This document shows positions 44,809 through 54,852 of a stretch of 64,000 nt of DNA, piece by piece. Below the pieces are notes generated by a model. That model ran no database searches. It saw only the letters and a program-made list of their open reading frames with translations, and was not told the DNA's origin. The position numbers and the translations under genes were made by a program. The stretch is from a virus. The stretch covers positions 1-64,000 of the IMG/VR virus record IMGVR_UViG_3300030419_006839; one strand, given 5' to 3'. Within the stretch, counting starts at the first letter, position 1; each line of letters starts with the position of its first letter.

Positions 44809-47800
44809 ATGGCTAAGATACCAGACAAGGAAATTAGAGAGAATTGGAGTCTTCCTAATTTGTATGAAGATGAAAATGGAAATCAAAAAACTAAACTAAA
44901 AGAACAGGAATCCATCTCTCACTACAACTTCAATCCTTATGGTGCTAAAGTTAATTATGACACTGGTGAAATAAATTTAGCATTTGATAATAATGCATCA
45001 TCTTTATTTAATGATTTTATTCAAGCAAACTATATATTTTCACCAAGATACCAAAGTCCTCACTCTTTAGTTAAAGATTTATTTAAAAATATAAATTCTC
45101 CAATAGTTAAAGATGAGAATTTTGAAGAAATAATTCTAAAAAACAAAGAAAAAACATGGACAAGTTTGGGTAAGGTTTCATATTTAGATAAAAACACTTA
45201 TCCAAATTGTCTTTTACTTGTAGAAGGTACATTTTCTAATGTAGATAATTCAAACTCAACTGAAGTAAAAAAACTATATATAGCCTTTGGAGATCAGCTA
45301 TTTTCTCAAGATTTAATTACAGGTGACTTAAAGTTAGAGTGTAGGGTTTGGGGTAATATTTATGGTTTAGAAAAAGATACTTATGGAAATGTATTTATAA
45401 TTTCCAGTTTAAACGATGAGTGTAGAACTAATGTATCAGATGATAACTCATTTAATACGGATGATAATACAAACCCTGCTGGATTGGGTATCGTAAACAT
45501 TTACAAGTGGTGCTTTGATAAAAATAGTTTTCCAAATGTTGAAAATAGATTAGATTACAATAAAAAACTTAAAAGAATATTAACAACTTATTATAATGGT
45601 AGAACTGATTTTGGTAGCTTAAGTGATTTAGGTTTTTTATACAATAACTATTCTCCCTATCAAGGAAAGATAGACGAAGATAATTGTAATTTAGCAAAAA
45701 CCACAGTAGGATTCTTTAAAGACAATGTTATAAATTGTGGTCAATATTTTTTCCCTTGTCAGTCTTATGAATACTTGCCTAAACAAGTTAGCTATGATGG
45801 TGGCCCTACATCTACAAAAATTACAAATACATATGTTGAACTAGAGAAACTTGATTCAAAAGTCGTGGAAACAAAAATAGGGGGAAAAGAAATTGAACTT
45901 AATATATGGAATGCCCTTAAAGCTGCATGGAATGGAGAAGATCCAGAATCAATTATAAAAGAAAAAGATTACAAAGAAATTGAAAAAATCATTAAAGAAA
46001 ACACTAATACAACGAGATTAGAACTACCTAGTATTATTGGTATGCCAAATCAAGGTTTTTCATGGTTTGAGGATTTTTTGTACATACCCTTCGATAAAGG
46101 AAGTGTTTTTGGGTTGATGAGAATACCAACACCACAAGTAATTTTTAGTGATTCAGTTTTAGATACCTTAAAACTACCAAAACCCTTCATAAAAGGAAAC
46201 ACTAATTCTTCTATTTCCAATTGTGATGATGATTTTATAAGTGTTTCAGATGTTCCAAACTATACATCATATTTTAACATGTTACATACTGGAATTACTT
46301 GGTTGTCAAGTAGGGGTTTTGATGGAAAAAACTGTGGGTTATTTTCAAGAACAAACCTAGAGGTAATAAATAAAAACTTAAGAGAAGGGGGAGATGGAGC
46401 AGGAGATAAATACAGTGATACTTACAGTGATGCAGATAAAAAGACACAAACTAAATCTGTAAATGAACATGAAAATACAACCTTGAGTGGTAACAATTTA
46501 ACTAGATTTTATGGAAATAGATACCATAATAAAAACATGGCAGCAGGTAAGATAACTGAATTTTATGGTGATCAATCAAGTAATTCATATAGTGGTAAGA
46601 TAGTTGAACATTCAAATTTAATCGGTGGTGGTTTCAAACCATCTTCAACAAAAAACTATTATTCATTTATTATAGATACTGAAAATGTTCCAAAAAGAGG
46701 AGAATCTGGTTCAACAGATTTATCTTTAGCACCAACTGGATGGACAGTTCCAGCCAATATTATTCACATTTCTAAACCTGTTGGAATTAATCCATCCTCA
46801 ATAAGAAAACCACTAACTCACAAACTTGAAACTTTCATATACGATAGCACATTGCAAGAATTGACTAATGAGATGGTTGATGTTTTACTAACATATAATA
46901 AATCCACTAGTAGTGTTGTACCTGTAAACTATATACTACAAGCCGAAGATAGTAGTATAAACACACAAACAAGTAAACCAAACAAATTCGGGGCTAAAAC
47001 GAAGGAAAGATTTTGGAACATGAGGACTTCAGAAATAACACCTAGTAACGACATTCTATCATATGTTAAAAGAGGTAGTGAATCATCAGATCCATTTTTA
47101 ATTGGTAGTGCTAATGAGTTTTCAACCTCTTGGGGATTAGGTGGTGGTGTTCAATATGGTAGATCAGATGGTTCTCATTACTACCAAATACACAGGACAA
47201 TAATTGGTAAAAAAACTAGTACTGATATACATACCAGGACAACGGGAATTAAACATACTAAGAGGTTTGTATTAAACAATACTAGAAATGGTAATTATGA
47301 ATATTTTGATAGTAGTGGAACTAAACAAAACAATAGTGAATCAGGTGGAGCATTAACCTCTGTATACACAAATAGTGGTAGTGAATTAAATTTTGATAAT
47401 AGCCAATACAATGGTGCAGAATTCTTTTGTATTAATTCATCCAATAATTCTGCTGATATTTCTTTAGAAAGGTCAACACCTAGAGAAGTGGATTCAAGCG
47501 ATAGAAATAACTTAAAACTAAATGATAATCAAATATTTTTTAACTTACCTAATCCAATACACTGGGGTGATGTTGGTAGTATTATTATACATAAAAACAG
47601 ATTATACTTTACTGTATTTGATTATAAATCAACAGAGCCTCATCAAAGTTGGGAAAATTCCGATAGGGTTGACATGGAGGTTTCTGGAAAACCAGCAGTA
47701 GGATATGAATTAGAAGCAGGTATTTATTGTCTAAACATATCAGTAGATTCTGCAGATAGTCACGGATCTTCAGGTTTCAGCAAAACTAACAATTGTACAA

Positions 47801-50800
47801 AATTCACCAATAAAGTTAATGAAACTATAAAGAAATTATCCAATGATGACCAATATTACAGCAATAATCTAAATCCCATCTTGGAAAACATTCCACACAC
47901 AACAACAGAAAATCAAGCATCTGGTGGTAGTCAATCTTTAGATTCTGGATCTGGTTCTAGTAACTATCAAGGAACATCAACAAGTAGTGAACTTAATTAT
48001 TTTAAACCTGATGAACAATACGATGCGTCTGGTAGTATGCCGATAACTGAAATAAATCCAGATTTTACTTCTAGTCCAGTTAATAAAAACCCCAAAGATT
48101 TCCCTCCAATACAATTTCTTTTAGATCCTTCAAAAGATTCAAGACAAGTTAGATTGAAAAGAATTTCACATAGTAGCTATCGTGGAGAGTATGTTGAGAA
48201 AATGTCTTTAAATAGAGTTTTTTCCGATGGTGGAAAGAAAAGACGGCAATTAGAAGTTAGTCAATACTCCTCACCTAGATCTCCATTTGTTTCTGGAGAT
48301 AAGGTTATATATTTAGCTGGAAATGAATTTTGGAGAGGTAGTTTGTTTAGTAGTAATGTTAGATTTAATCCATACTCTATGGATGGTAAAATGCTAATAT
48401 TGGATTGTAAGAATACATCTAAAGAAAACATATTTTTTGGCAAAGCATCTCCTATAGATGAATTTACAAACTATGTAAATGCTAAAGGAAATAATGATGC
48501 CATGAAAGGTTTTTCATCAAACTCAGTAACAGATAGTTCTGGAAATACATATGTTGTTTCTGGGAAAGATGCTTTACACCTACTAAGTTTTAGTGATGTA
48601 CCTAAACCAAAACAAAATAGCTCAGGTAGTTTTAAACGTAAAAATAGTGGATATATGTTAACTTTGATTGATGGTAAGTTAGAACTATCAACTCAAGCAA
48701 ATAGAGATTTCTTATCGAAAACAATAAACTATAATGAAGAATTAATAACTGATGGTAATAATTTCTTTAATTTTTCAATATTAAAGTATGGAAACGAACT
48801 ATCTACAAAAATACCACTAATTGATACTAATAAAGAAAATTACTATGGCATTATTTCTAAATTAGCAAGTTTAGTTGATGCTGAATTTGGTATAGAAAAT
48901 CAAGAACCATACTTTAGAAATAAAGATTCAAATATGCTACTGTCTTCAGATTTTGGTACATCATTAACACCAAGAGGTGGGCCATTAGATACAGACAACT
49001 CAATACTGAATAAATTCCTATTGGATTCAGAATATACATTTTGGTATGTAAATGGTGAAATAGTCTCTGTCTATAATCAAGCATACAATGGATCTTCAAC
49101 AAATAAGATAGTTGAAAGAGGGTTATTAGGTACAGAAGTAAAAGAACATGGACAAAACCAAATAGTTTATAGAATGAAACTATATGCAGATGATAAGAAT
49201 CTCATAAGTATAAATAACTACAGTAAAGATTATGATAATATATATAATGAAGTTAGAGTTGATTTTAACAGTAAAGAGGGTTTTCAAGATTCTATTGTTG
49301 TCTCTACAAACAATGAAAGTTCATCATATGATCGTACTTTTAATTATTCTGCTCCATTTATAACTGAAGGTTCTTGGGCTAAGGGAATTGCATATAGGCT
49401 TTTAAATAGACTTTCAAAAGAAAAATATTTAATTGACATGTCTATAAGGATTAACCCTGAATTAAAAAATGCAGATTTTATAGTAGTTAATTGTGGTGAG
49501 TATAATATTAGTAATAAGCTTTTTCAGATAAAATCAGTATCACACAACTTAACGGAACATATCACAAATATAAGTGCAATTTCCGTAGAAGAACCCACAC
49601 TTAGTCTATCGTATTATAATGGTAGTAGTTTTGTTGCATATAACGATGGAATAGATGCTGGATCAAATAAAATAGCTGGAAACGATGAGACTTTAATAAT
49701 TAAACTAACAAATGAAGGAAATTATGATTTAAATATCAGTGATATTTTTATTGATGACATAAGTTTTAAAGTTTTTAGATATGTGAATGGGGTAAAGAGT
49801 AAGGAAATAGAAAGAAATGATTCTGATTCTGGGTTTAAAGTTGGATCAGAAAAAGACTTAACCATACCTGTTGGCTCTAGTAAAGAGTTTTATATAAGTT
49901 TTATCTTACCACAAGAAAGTAATTTCTTTAGGGAATTAAGTATAGTTTCTAATTTAGAAAAAAATCCCATTAGCCACTTCTCTATTTTTGGATCAATTAA
50001 ATCTATAAGTCTAGATGTAGAAGGTGATTTAAGTTTTGGAAACATAAACAATAACCAACCTAAATCAAAAAGAATTGTTGTTAAAAATAAGGGAGTTAAT
50101 GAAATTAAATTAACCAATCTAGAAATTAAGTCTGGGAAGCAAGGAACAATTTTAAACAGTTTAGATGGATTTTCTTTCAACAAGATAAATATAAGTAACA
50201 ATCAATCAACATCAATAAACACATCTAATGTAAACATTACATTAAAAGGAGAGGATAGTGGTAGTGGAGAAGATTTCACAATAATTGAAGTTGTTTTTGA
50301 CCCTAGTGAAACTGTTAGGAATGGAAGATATAGAGTGGATAAAACTGGAATTGAAGGAAATATAAAATTATTTATAGATGCAGAAACTACTGGTGGTACT
50401 AGTACCACATTAGCTTCAAGTTTAAACAGTACATCTCAACAAATAACCCTTACAGATTCCAGTGGGTTTGATGTTGGTGATAACATAATGATAGATACAA
50501 TTGAAATGGAAATAGTAGGTAAAAGTGGAAATACAATTTCAGTGGACTCTAGAGATAAACACAATGATAGTATACAAACCATACCAAAATCTTACAATTC
50601 TGGTACAAGTGTAATTAACCTAAAAAATACAGTTTCTACAAAAAGGATAAATTATAGTGGTAAAATAAATAGTATACCAGTAAGTGCTAGAATACATGCC
50701 AATAGAATAAAACTATATGGCTTAGACAATTTAGAACTTCCAAAACAAGATGGAAAGTATTTATTAGATAATCAAATCACTAGAAATAGGTTTTCAGCAA

Positions 50801-53800
50801 AACTAAAAAGTATAAAAAACCAACTAAAAACAAACAATTCAAATGCAAATAAAATTAAGATAGAAGAAGGAAGAGTTTATATTGGAACAGATAGTGGATA
50901 CCAAACTGGAACTACTGTTCCTCTTTTTGTTTCAGATAGTTCAAATTTACAATACAATCATGATTGGGAATCTAAAACATATAAAGTTAAAGTAAACTTA
51001 ACAGATAATGATCAGAAAAACTTCAAATTACTATTACATTTAGATAAAGAAAACAGTGGCAATAGACATATTACTTTAAATAAATATGAAATAAGCAATT
51101 CAACAAATACACTTTTAGCTAGACAAAGAAGAAATTTAGAAAATTATACTTTTACTAATGTAGATGAAGATGGTCATATTGTTCTTAACTATATTTTCGC
51201 TCGTACAGATAATGAAAATCTAAACTTAGAAGAAAGACATAATTCTTTATTTCATCAAGATAGCGACACAACAGCGGTAGTGTCAGGTAAAGAATATGTA
51301 ATATATCATTTAGGTAGTGGAACAGATGCAGAAAAAGAAACTAGATGGCAAAATGTCGGATTTGATGGAGTACCTTTTGAAGGAGCATACTTTACTGCAA
51401 ACACAACAACAACGATGACTGATGACGCTAAAGTAACTGAATCTTTTATAAATATATCATTGAATTTACTACATTTAAGTGTAGATACATATGACTCTAA
51501 AAACAATTCTCTAACTACGGTTGTTGATGGTTATGCAATAAATCAATGGAGAAAGGCATTATCAATAGATATTAAAACTGAAACAGTCTTCACTCTTGAT
51601 AGATTGTCTGCAATGAATGTTGGAGACAAGTTTGCAATAATAACAGAAACTGAAAATATAGATGGGGATGTTTCAAATTATTCTAAAGAAGGATTTGATT
51701 CATCAAACAACAATCAAAAAACAGATGCAAGTATTAAGTCATGGCAATCAGGTTTACCATTAAGCTATGGAGGTAGTGGTAATGTTAGGTATATTATGGT
51801 TAATCTTCAAGACCATAAATTTAAGGCTGGAGAACAATTACTTATATATTCGTCAAATGGTGGTAAGTTTGATGGTGTTCATGATATACATAGTGTTTCC
51901 CCTGATATAATAAATTTGTATGGAGATAGTGCACTAAGTCCTAGTAGTGGTAATTTAAATGACGTATTGGATACTAATGTTAGAGTTACTAAGGTACATA
52001 CAATAGATAGGATAATTAATCAAAACTCATTTGTTGTTAAAGATTTAGGTAGAGAAGATAGTACATCAGAAATAACATTACGAAATACAGTAAACGAACT
52101 TAGTACTCCAAATAAAGATTGCAACATTGTCTTATTAAATGACTTTACTAAACAGGAAGGAATTATAATAAGAAATGAACCTGATATAATTACTGGTACA
52201 GTTGTAGGAGAAATATCAGAATTAGGTGATTATTTTATAAAAATAAGAATAGATGAAGATGAGGAGCTATTTCCAGGTGGTGTAGACCTAACAGAAGAAA
52301 ACTGCATAAAGTTTATAGGTGATTCAAATAGTTTGTTTGATGGATATTTTAAATATCAAACTCCAATACCTATAGACAAAGATACTTTTAAAATTAAACT
52401 ACCCAAACTATCCTTATTGAATGTGGCGTATTCTACAAGTCAAAAAAAGTACTATGCTATCTGTAAAACGACAAAAAAAATAGACACCTTAAAAACTACA
52501 GACGGAGATGAAAGTACTAATAGGGAATATAATCCATATGGTCTTAAAAACATAATACCATTTAATGAAGGAGATACGGTTTCGATAGAAGGAACCTCAA
52601 ACGAAGAATACGATAATATAAAATCAATTAAAATAAATAAAATACATGACGAAATTGGATTATTAACAGATGGTGTAATGGAATCTTTTGGTGGTAAAAG
52701 TGGAGAAAAAACTTTTTATGTTGAACTTGATTTACCACTAGATACGTACAGTAAAACACAGGCACGTACTCAGATTACACAATTATCTTCAAGTGTGGGC
52801 AGTACTTCAGCAACAACTTTCTCTGTTGATGATGCAAGTAACATTAGTCAGTATGACATTTTATTTTTCTCTTCTAGTATTTTTAATGAAGTTGAAGAAA
52901 TAGTTAGAGTAACCAATATTAGTAGTAATGAAATTACTGTTGAAAGAGGAATTGATGGATCTACAGCAGAAACCCATAATAGTGGTGATAAACTTTTCAA
53001 ATTTGATAACATAATTAGTAAAGGATTTTTGCAAAAAAAATCTCCACATAACGGAACTAAACTTAATTTCGTTTTAGAAGCTAGTAATAAGCAATATGGA
53101 TTAAAGTTTTCAACCAACACTAGTAAGAATTATGATTCTAATCTTGCAACTTCTTTTTCAAGTTCTCAAGATACCTTCTCTGATGGTATTGGTATAAAAA
53201 GAGCTAAAATACTTAGTAGTGAAAGAGATAATAGCAAAATAAGGATTTGGTTTGATGTAGATACTTACCCTACAACACAACTACAATCTTCAATCACTAA
53301 TTCACAAAACAACATTAAAGTAGGAAATACTGACCATATTAGTGAAGGTGAGATTATAAAAATTGATAATGAAGAAATGAGAGTAACCTCAGTTAGTAGT
53401 AATACCCTACTAATGGTTAAAAGAGCAGTAAATAGTACATCAGCAGCAACGCACCAAACATCCTCAACTGTTTCTAATGTTTTTGATTCTATATTTTCTG
53501 TTGGTGAAAATATAATAATTTACGATACAGATAATCAAGATTCTCATGGAACTTGGAGTATTAGTGGTACAGATGGTTTCAACTACATTGAAGTAACTCT
53601 TGGAACTGGTGATAGTAGTTTTGTAATTAACAGAGGATTTATAGCAACGACAAAACAAAATTTAGAATCGTCAAGTATTATTAAGTCATTTGATTCTATC
53701 AGTTTACCAAAAAAGACAAGTTCTACTAGTGGTGATAATATATGCAGACCTTTTGAAACATTTGAAACTAGCTTAACTAAATCTTTTGGATCTATGAATA

Positions 53801-54765
53801 AGACAAATTCAAATTTAAAAAATAAATATAGATCAATTTATGATAGTAATAATGACAATGAAGTTGATATTTTTGATTTAGTATTGTTTTTTAGTAAGAT
53901 GAAGGTTACTCCAGAAATCAGTCCATTTGTTTTTAATAGTTTTAGTAATTCTGATGAAAGTATATTATTTGAAGTTAAAGATAATATAATATACAAAAAA
54001 TCAGGTCAACTATTAACTGGGATTGAAGATGTGTTAGAAGGAGATGGTGAATCAAACATTGTAGTTTCAACAACAGATCCAGAAAACCCAACAATCAGTG
54101 TAAGCTCTGTTTTAAAGTCTTATCCTCAAAATCAAAATATATCAATTAGAGAAGCAGGAACTGATGATTCTAGAGAGGATTTTTTAAATGTAAAATATGA
54201 TCATGACAATTCAAAAAGAAATATTATAGACTTATCAGGTAGTTTAACGTTTACTGATGTCGAGATTGGTTCTTCCTACACAAAGAAGTTAGAGTTAACT
54301 AATGTTAGTCCAAATATTGATTATGAATTAACTATTTCTACAATTATAAATACTCCATTTTATGATGAAAGTATGATATACGCACTAGATAAAGATGGAA
54401 ACACTATATCATCTGATGCTATGCGTTTAGATTTTAGTAAAAATAAAATTATAATAAGTCCAGATCAGGTAATAGATATACCTATATCTTTAACTACACA
54501 AAACACCTTAGAGAAATTAGATGAAGGTGAAAAAGGATTAGAAGTCAGAGGAACCAACGTAAGAATACCACAAGTATTATTACTAACAAATGAAAAAATA
54601 AGACAAATTTTCTCTCCAAATTCTGAAATAGGTATTTCTAATTCATATCAAATTAGAAAAGCATACATTAAAATTGAATTTGTTGAATTAAATTCCTCAA
54701 ATAATTCAAATAGAAATAAGACCTTTATAGTTTTACCAATAAATACTATACCAAAAAATAATTAA
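44809..54765 (+). CDS. Giant (3318 aa) tail tip/central fibre protein with Ig-like, small beta-barrel and dockerin-like domains
   Basis: Hub-like segment (DNIYNEVRV...NPELKNADFIVV); ASH/Ig-like LTNEGNYDLNISDI, LSFGNI...VKNKG, LTFTDVEIG; repeated TTL.SS...I.V...ID.E...V.RG...A.H units; DSNNDNEVDIFDLV. Confidence 0.7.
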   Translation: MAKIPDKEIRENWSLPNLYEDENGNQKTKLKEQESISHYNFNPYGAKVNYDTGEINLAFDNNASSLFNDFIQANYIFSPRYQSPHSLVKDLFKNINSPIVKDENFEEIILKNKEKTWTSLGKVSYLDKNTYPNCLLLVEGTFSNVDNSNSTEVKKLYIAFGDQLFSQDLITGDLKLECRVWGNIYGLEKDTYGNVFIISSLNDECRTNVSDDNSFNTDDNTNPAGLGIVNIYKWCFDKNSFPNVENRLDYNKKLKRILTTYYNGRTDFGSLSDLGFLYNNYSPYQGKIDEDNCNLAKTTVGFFKDNVINCGQYFFPCQSYEYLPKQVSYDGGPTSTKITNTYVELEKLDSKVVETKIGGKEIELNIWNALKAAWNGEDPESIIKEKDYKEIEKIIKENTNTTRLELPSIIGMPNQGFSWFEDFLYIPFDKGSVFGLMRIPTPQVIFSDSVLDTLKLPKPFIKGNTNSSISNCDDDFISVSDVPNYTSYFNMLHTGITWLSSRGFDGKNCGLFSRTNLEVINKNLREGGDGAGDKYSDTYSDADKKTQTKSVNEHENTTLSGNNLTRFYGNRYHNKNMAAGKITEFYGDQSSNSYSGKIVEHSNLIGGGFKPSSTKNYYSFIIDTENVPKRGESGSTDLSLAPTGWTVPANIIHISKPVGINPSSIRKPLTHKLETFIYDSTLQELTNEMVDVLLTYNKSTSSVVPVNYILQAEDSSINTQTSKPNKFGAKTKERFWNMRTSEITPSNDILSYVKRGSESSDPFLIGSANEFSTSWGLGGGVQYGRSDGSHYYQIHRTIIGKKTSTDIHTRTTGIKHTKRFVLNNTRNGNYEYFDSSGTKQNNSESGGALTSVYTNSGSELNFDNSQYNGAEFFCINSSNNSADISLERSTPREVDSSDRNNLKLNDNQIFFNLPNPIHWGDVGSIIIHKNRLYFTVFDYKSTEPHQSWENSDRVDMEVSGKPAVGYELEAGIYCLNISVDSADSHGSSGFSKTNNCTKFTNKVNETIKKLSNDDQYYSNNLNPILENIPHTTTENQASGGSQSLDSGSGSSNYQGTSTSSELNYFKPDEQYDASGSMPITEINPDFTSSPVNKNPKDFPPIQFLLDPSKDSRQVRLKRISHSSYRGEYVEKMSLNRVFSDGGKKRRQLEVSQYSSPRSPFVSGDKVIYLAGNEFWRGSLFSSNVRFNPYSMDGKMLILDCKNTSKENIFFGKASPIDEFTNYVNAKGNNDAMKGFSSNSVTDSSGNTYVVSGKDALHLLSFSDVPKPKQNSSGSFKRKNSGYMLTLIDGKLELSTQANRDFLSKTINYNEELITDGNNFFNFSILKYGNELSTKIPLIDTNKENYYGIISKLASLVDAEFGIENQEPYFRNKDSNMLLSSDFGTSLTPRGGPLDTDNSILNKFLLDSEYTFWYVNGEIVSVYNQAYNGSSTNKIVERGLLGTEVKEHGQNQIVYRMKLYADDKNLISINNYSKDYDNIYNEVRVDFNSKEGFQDSIVVSTNNESSSYDRTFNYSAPFITEGSWAKGIAYRLLNRLSKEKYLIDMSIRINPELKNADFIVVNCGEYNISNKLFQIKSVSHNLTEHITNISAISVEEPTLSLSYYNGSSFVAYNDGIDAGSNKIAGNDETLIIKLTNEGNYDLNISDIFIDDISFKVFRYVNGVKSKEIERNDSDSGFKVGSEKDLTIPVGSSKEFYISFILPQESNFFRELSIVSNLEKNPISHFSIFGSIKSISLDVEGDLSFGNINNNQPKSKRIVVKNKGVNEIKLTNLEIKSGKQGTILNSLDGFSFNKINISNNQSTSINTSNVNITLKGEDSGSGEDFTIIEVVFDPSETVRNGRYRVDKTGIEGNIKLFIDAETTGGTSTTLASSLNSTSQQITLTDSSGFDVGDNIMIDTIEMEIVGKSGNTISVDSRDKHNDSIQTIPKSYNSGTSVINLKNTVSTKRINYSGKINSIPVSARIHANRIKLYGLDNLELPKQDGKYLLDNQITRNRFSAKLKSIKNQLKTNNSNANKIKIEEGRVYIGTDSGYQTGTTVPLFVSDSSNLQYNHDWESKTYKVKVNLTDNDQKNFKLLLHLDKENSGNRHITLNKYEISNSTNTLLARQRRNLENYTFTNVDEDGHIVLNYIFARTDNENLNLEERHNSLFHQDSDTTAVVSGKEYVIYHLGSGTDAEKETRWQNVGFDGVPFEGAYFTANTTTTMTDDAKVTESFINISLNLLHLSVDTYDSKNNSLTTVVDGYAINQWRKALSIDIKTETVFTLDRLSAMNVGDKFAIITETENIDGDVSNYSKEGFDSSNNNQKTDASIKSWQSGLPLSYGGSGNVRYIMVNLQDHKFKAGEQLLIYSSNGGKFDGVHDIHSVSPDIINLYGDSALSPSSGNLNDVLDTNVRVTKVHTIDRIINQNSFVVKDLGREDSTSEITLRNTVNELSTPNKDCNIVLLNDFTKQEGIIIRNEPDIITGTVVGEISELGDYFIKIRIDEDEELFPGGVDLTEENCIKFIGDSNSLFDGYFKYQTPIPIDKDTFKIKLPKLSLLNVAYSTSQKKYYAICKTTKKIDTLKTTDGDESTNREYNPYGLKNIIPFNEGDTVSIEGTSNEEYDNIKSIKINKIHDEIGLLTDGVMESFGGKSGEKTFYVELDLPLDTYSKTQARTQITQLSSSVGSTSATTFSVDDASNISQYDILFFSSSIFNEVEEIVRVTNISSNEITVERGIDGSTAETHNSGDKLFKFDNIISKGFLQKKSPHNGTKLNFVLEASNKQYGLKFSTNTSKNYDSNLATSFSSSQDTFSDGIGIKRAKILSSERDNSKIRIWFDVDTYPTTQLQSSITNSQNNIKVGNTDHISEGEIIKIDNEEMRVTSVSSNTLLMVKRAVNSTSAATHQTSSTVSNVFDSIFSVGENIIIYDTDNQDSHGTWSISGTDGFNYIEVTLGTGDSSFVINRGFIATTKQNLESSSIIKSFDSISLPKKTSSTSGDNICRPFETFETSLTKSFGSMNKTNSNLKNKYRSIYDSNNDNEVDIFDLVLFFSKMKVTPEISPFVFNSFSNSDESILFEVKDNIIYKKSGQLLTGIEDVLEGDGESNIVVSTTDPENPTISVSSVLKSYPQNQNISIREAGTDDSREDFLNVKYDHDNSKRNIIDLSGSLTFTDVEIGSSYTKKLELTNVSPNIDYELTISTIINTPFYDESMIYALDKDGNTISSDAMRLDFSKNKIIISPDQVIDIPISLTTQNTLEKLDEGEKGLEVRGTNVRIPQVLLLTNEKIRQIFSPNSEIGISNSYQIRKAYIKIEFVELNSSNNSNRNKTFIVLPINTIPKNN

Positions 54766-54789
54766 AGTTAGTGTGAGGTTGTCGATATT

Positions 54790-54847
54790 CTAGTAAAGAA
54801 ATTGAATTTTACCTGTTATATAATATAACTGATAATAACTAAGGAGT
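54790..54847 (+). promoter_or_regulatory. Replication-gene promoter/leader shared with helicase
   Basis: CTAGTAAA-N17-GTTATATAATATAACTGATAATAACTAAGGAGT, nearly identical to the helicase upstream sequence. Confidence 0.7.
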
Positions 54848-54852
54848 AATAA

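Noticed and set aside
40371-53658. Numerous short minus-strand ORFs within TMP and tail-tip genes
   Set aside because: Fully antisense to long coding genes, no RBS, composition mirrors sense-strand codon bias
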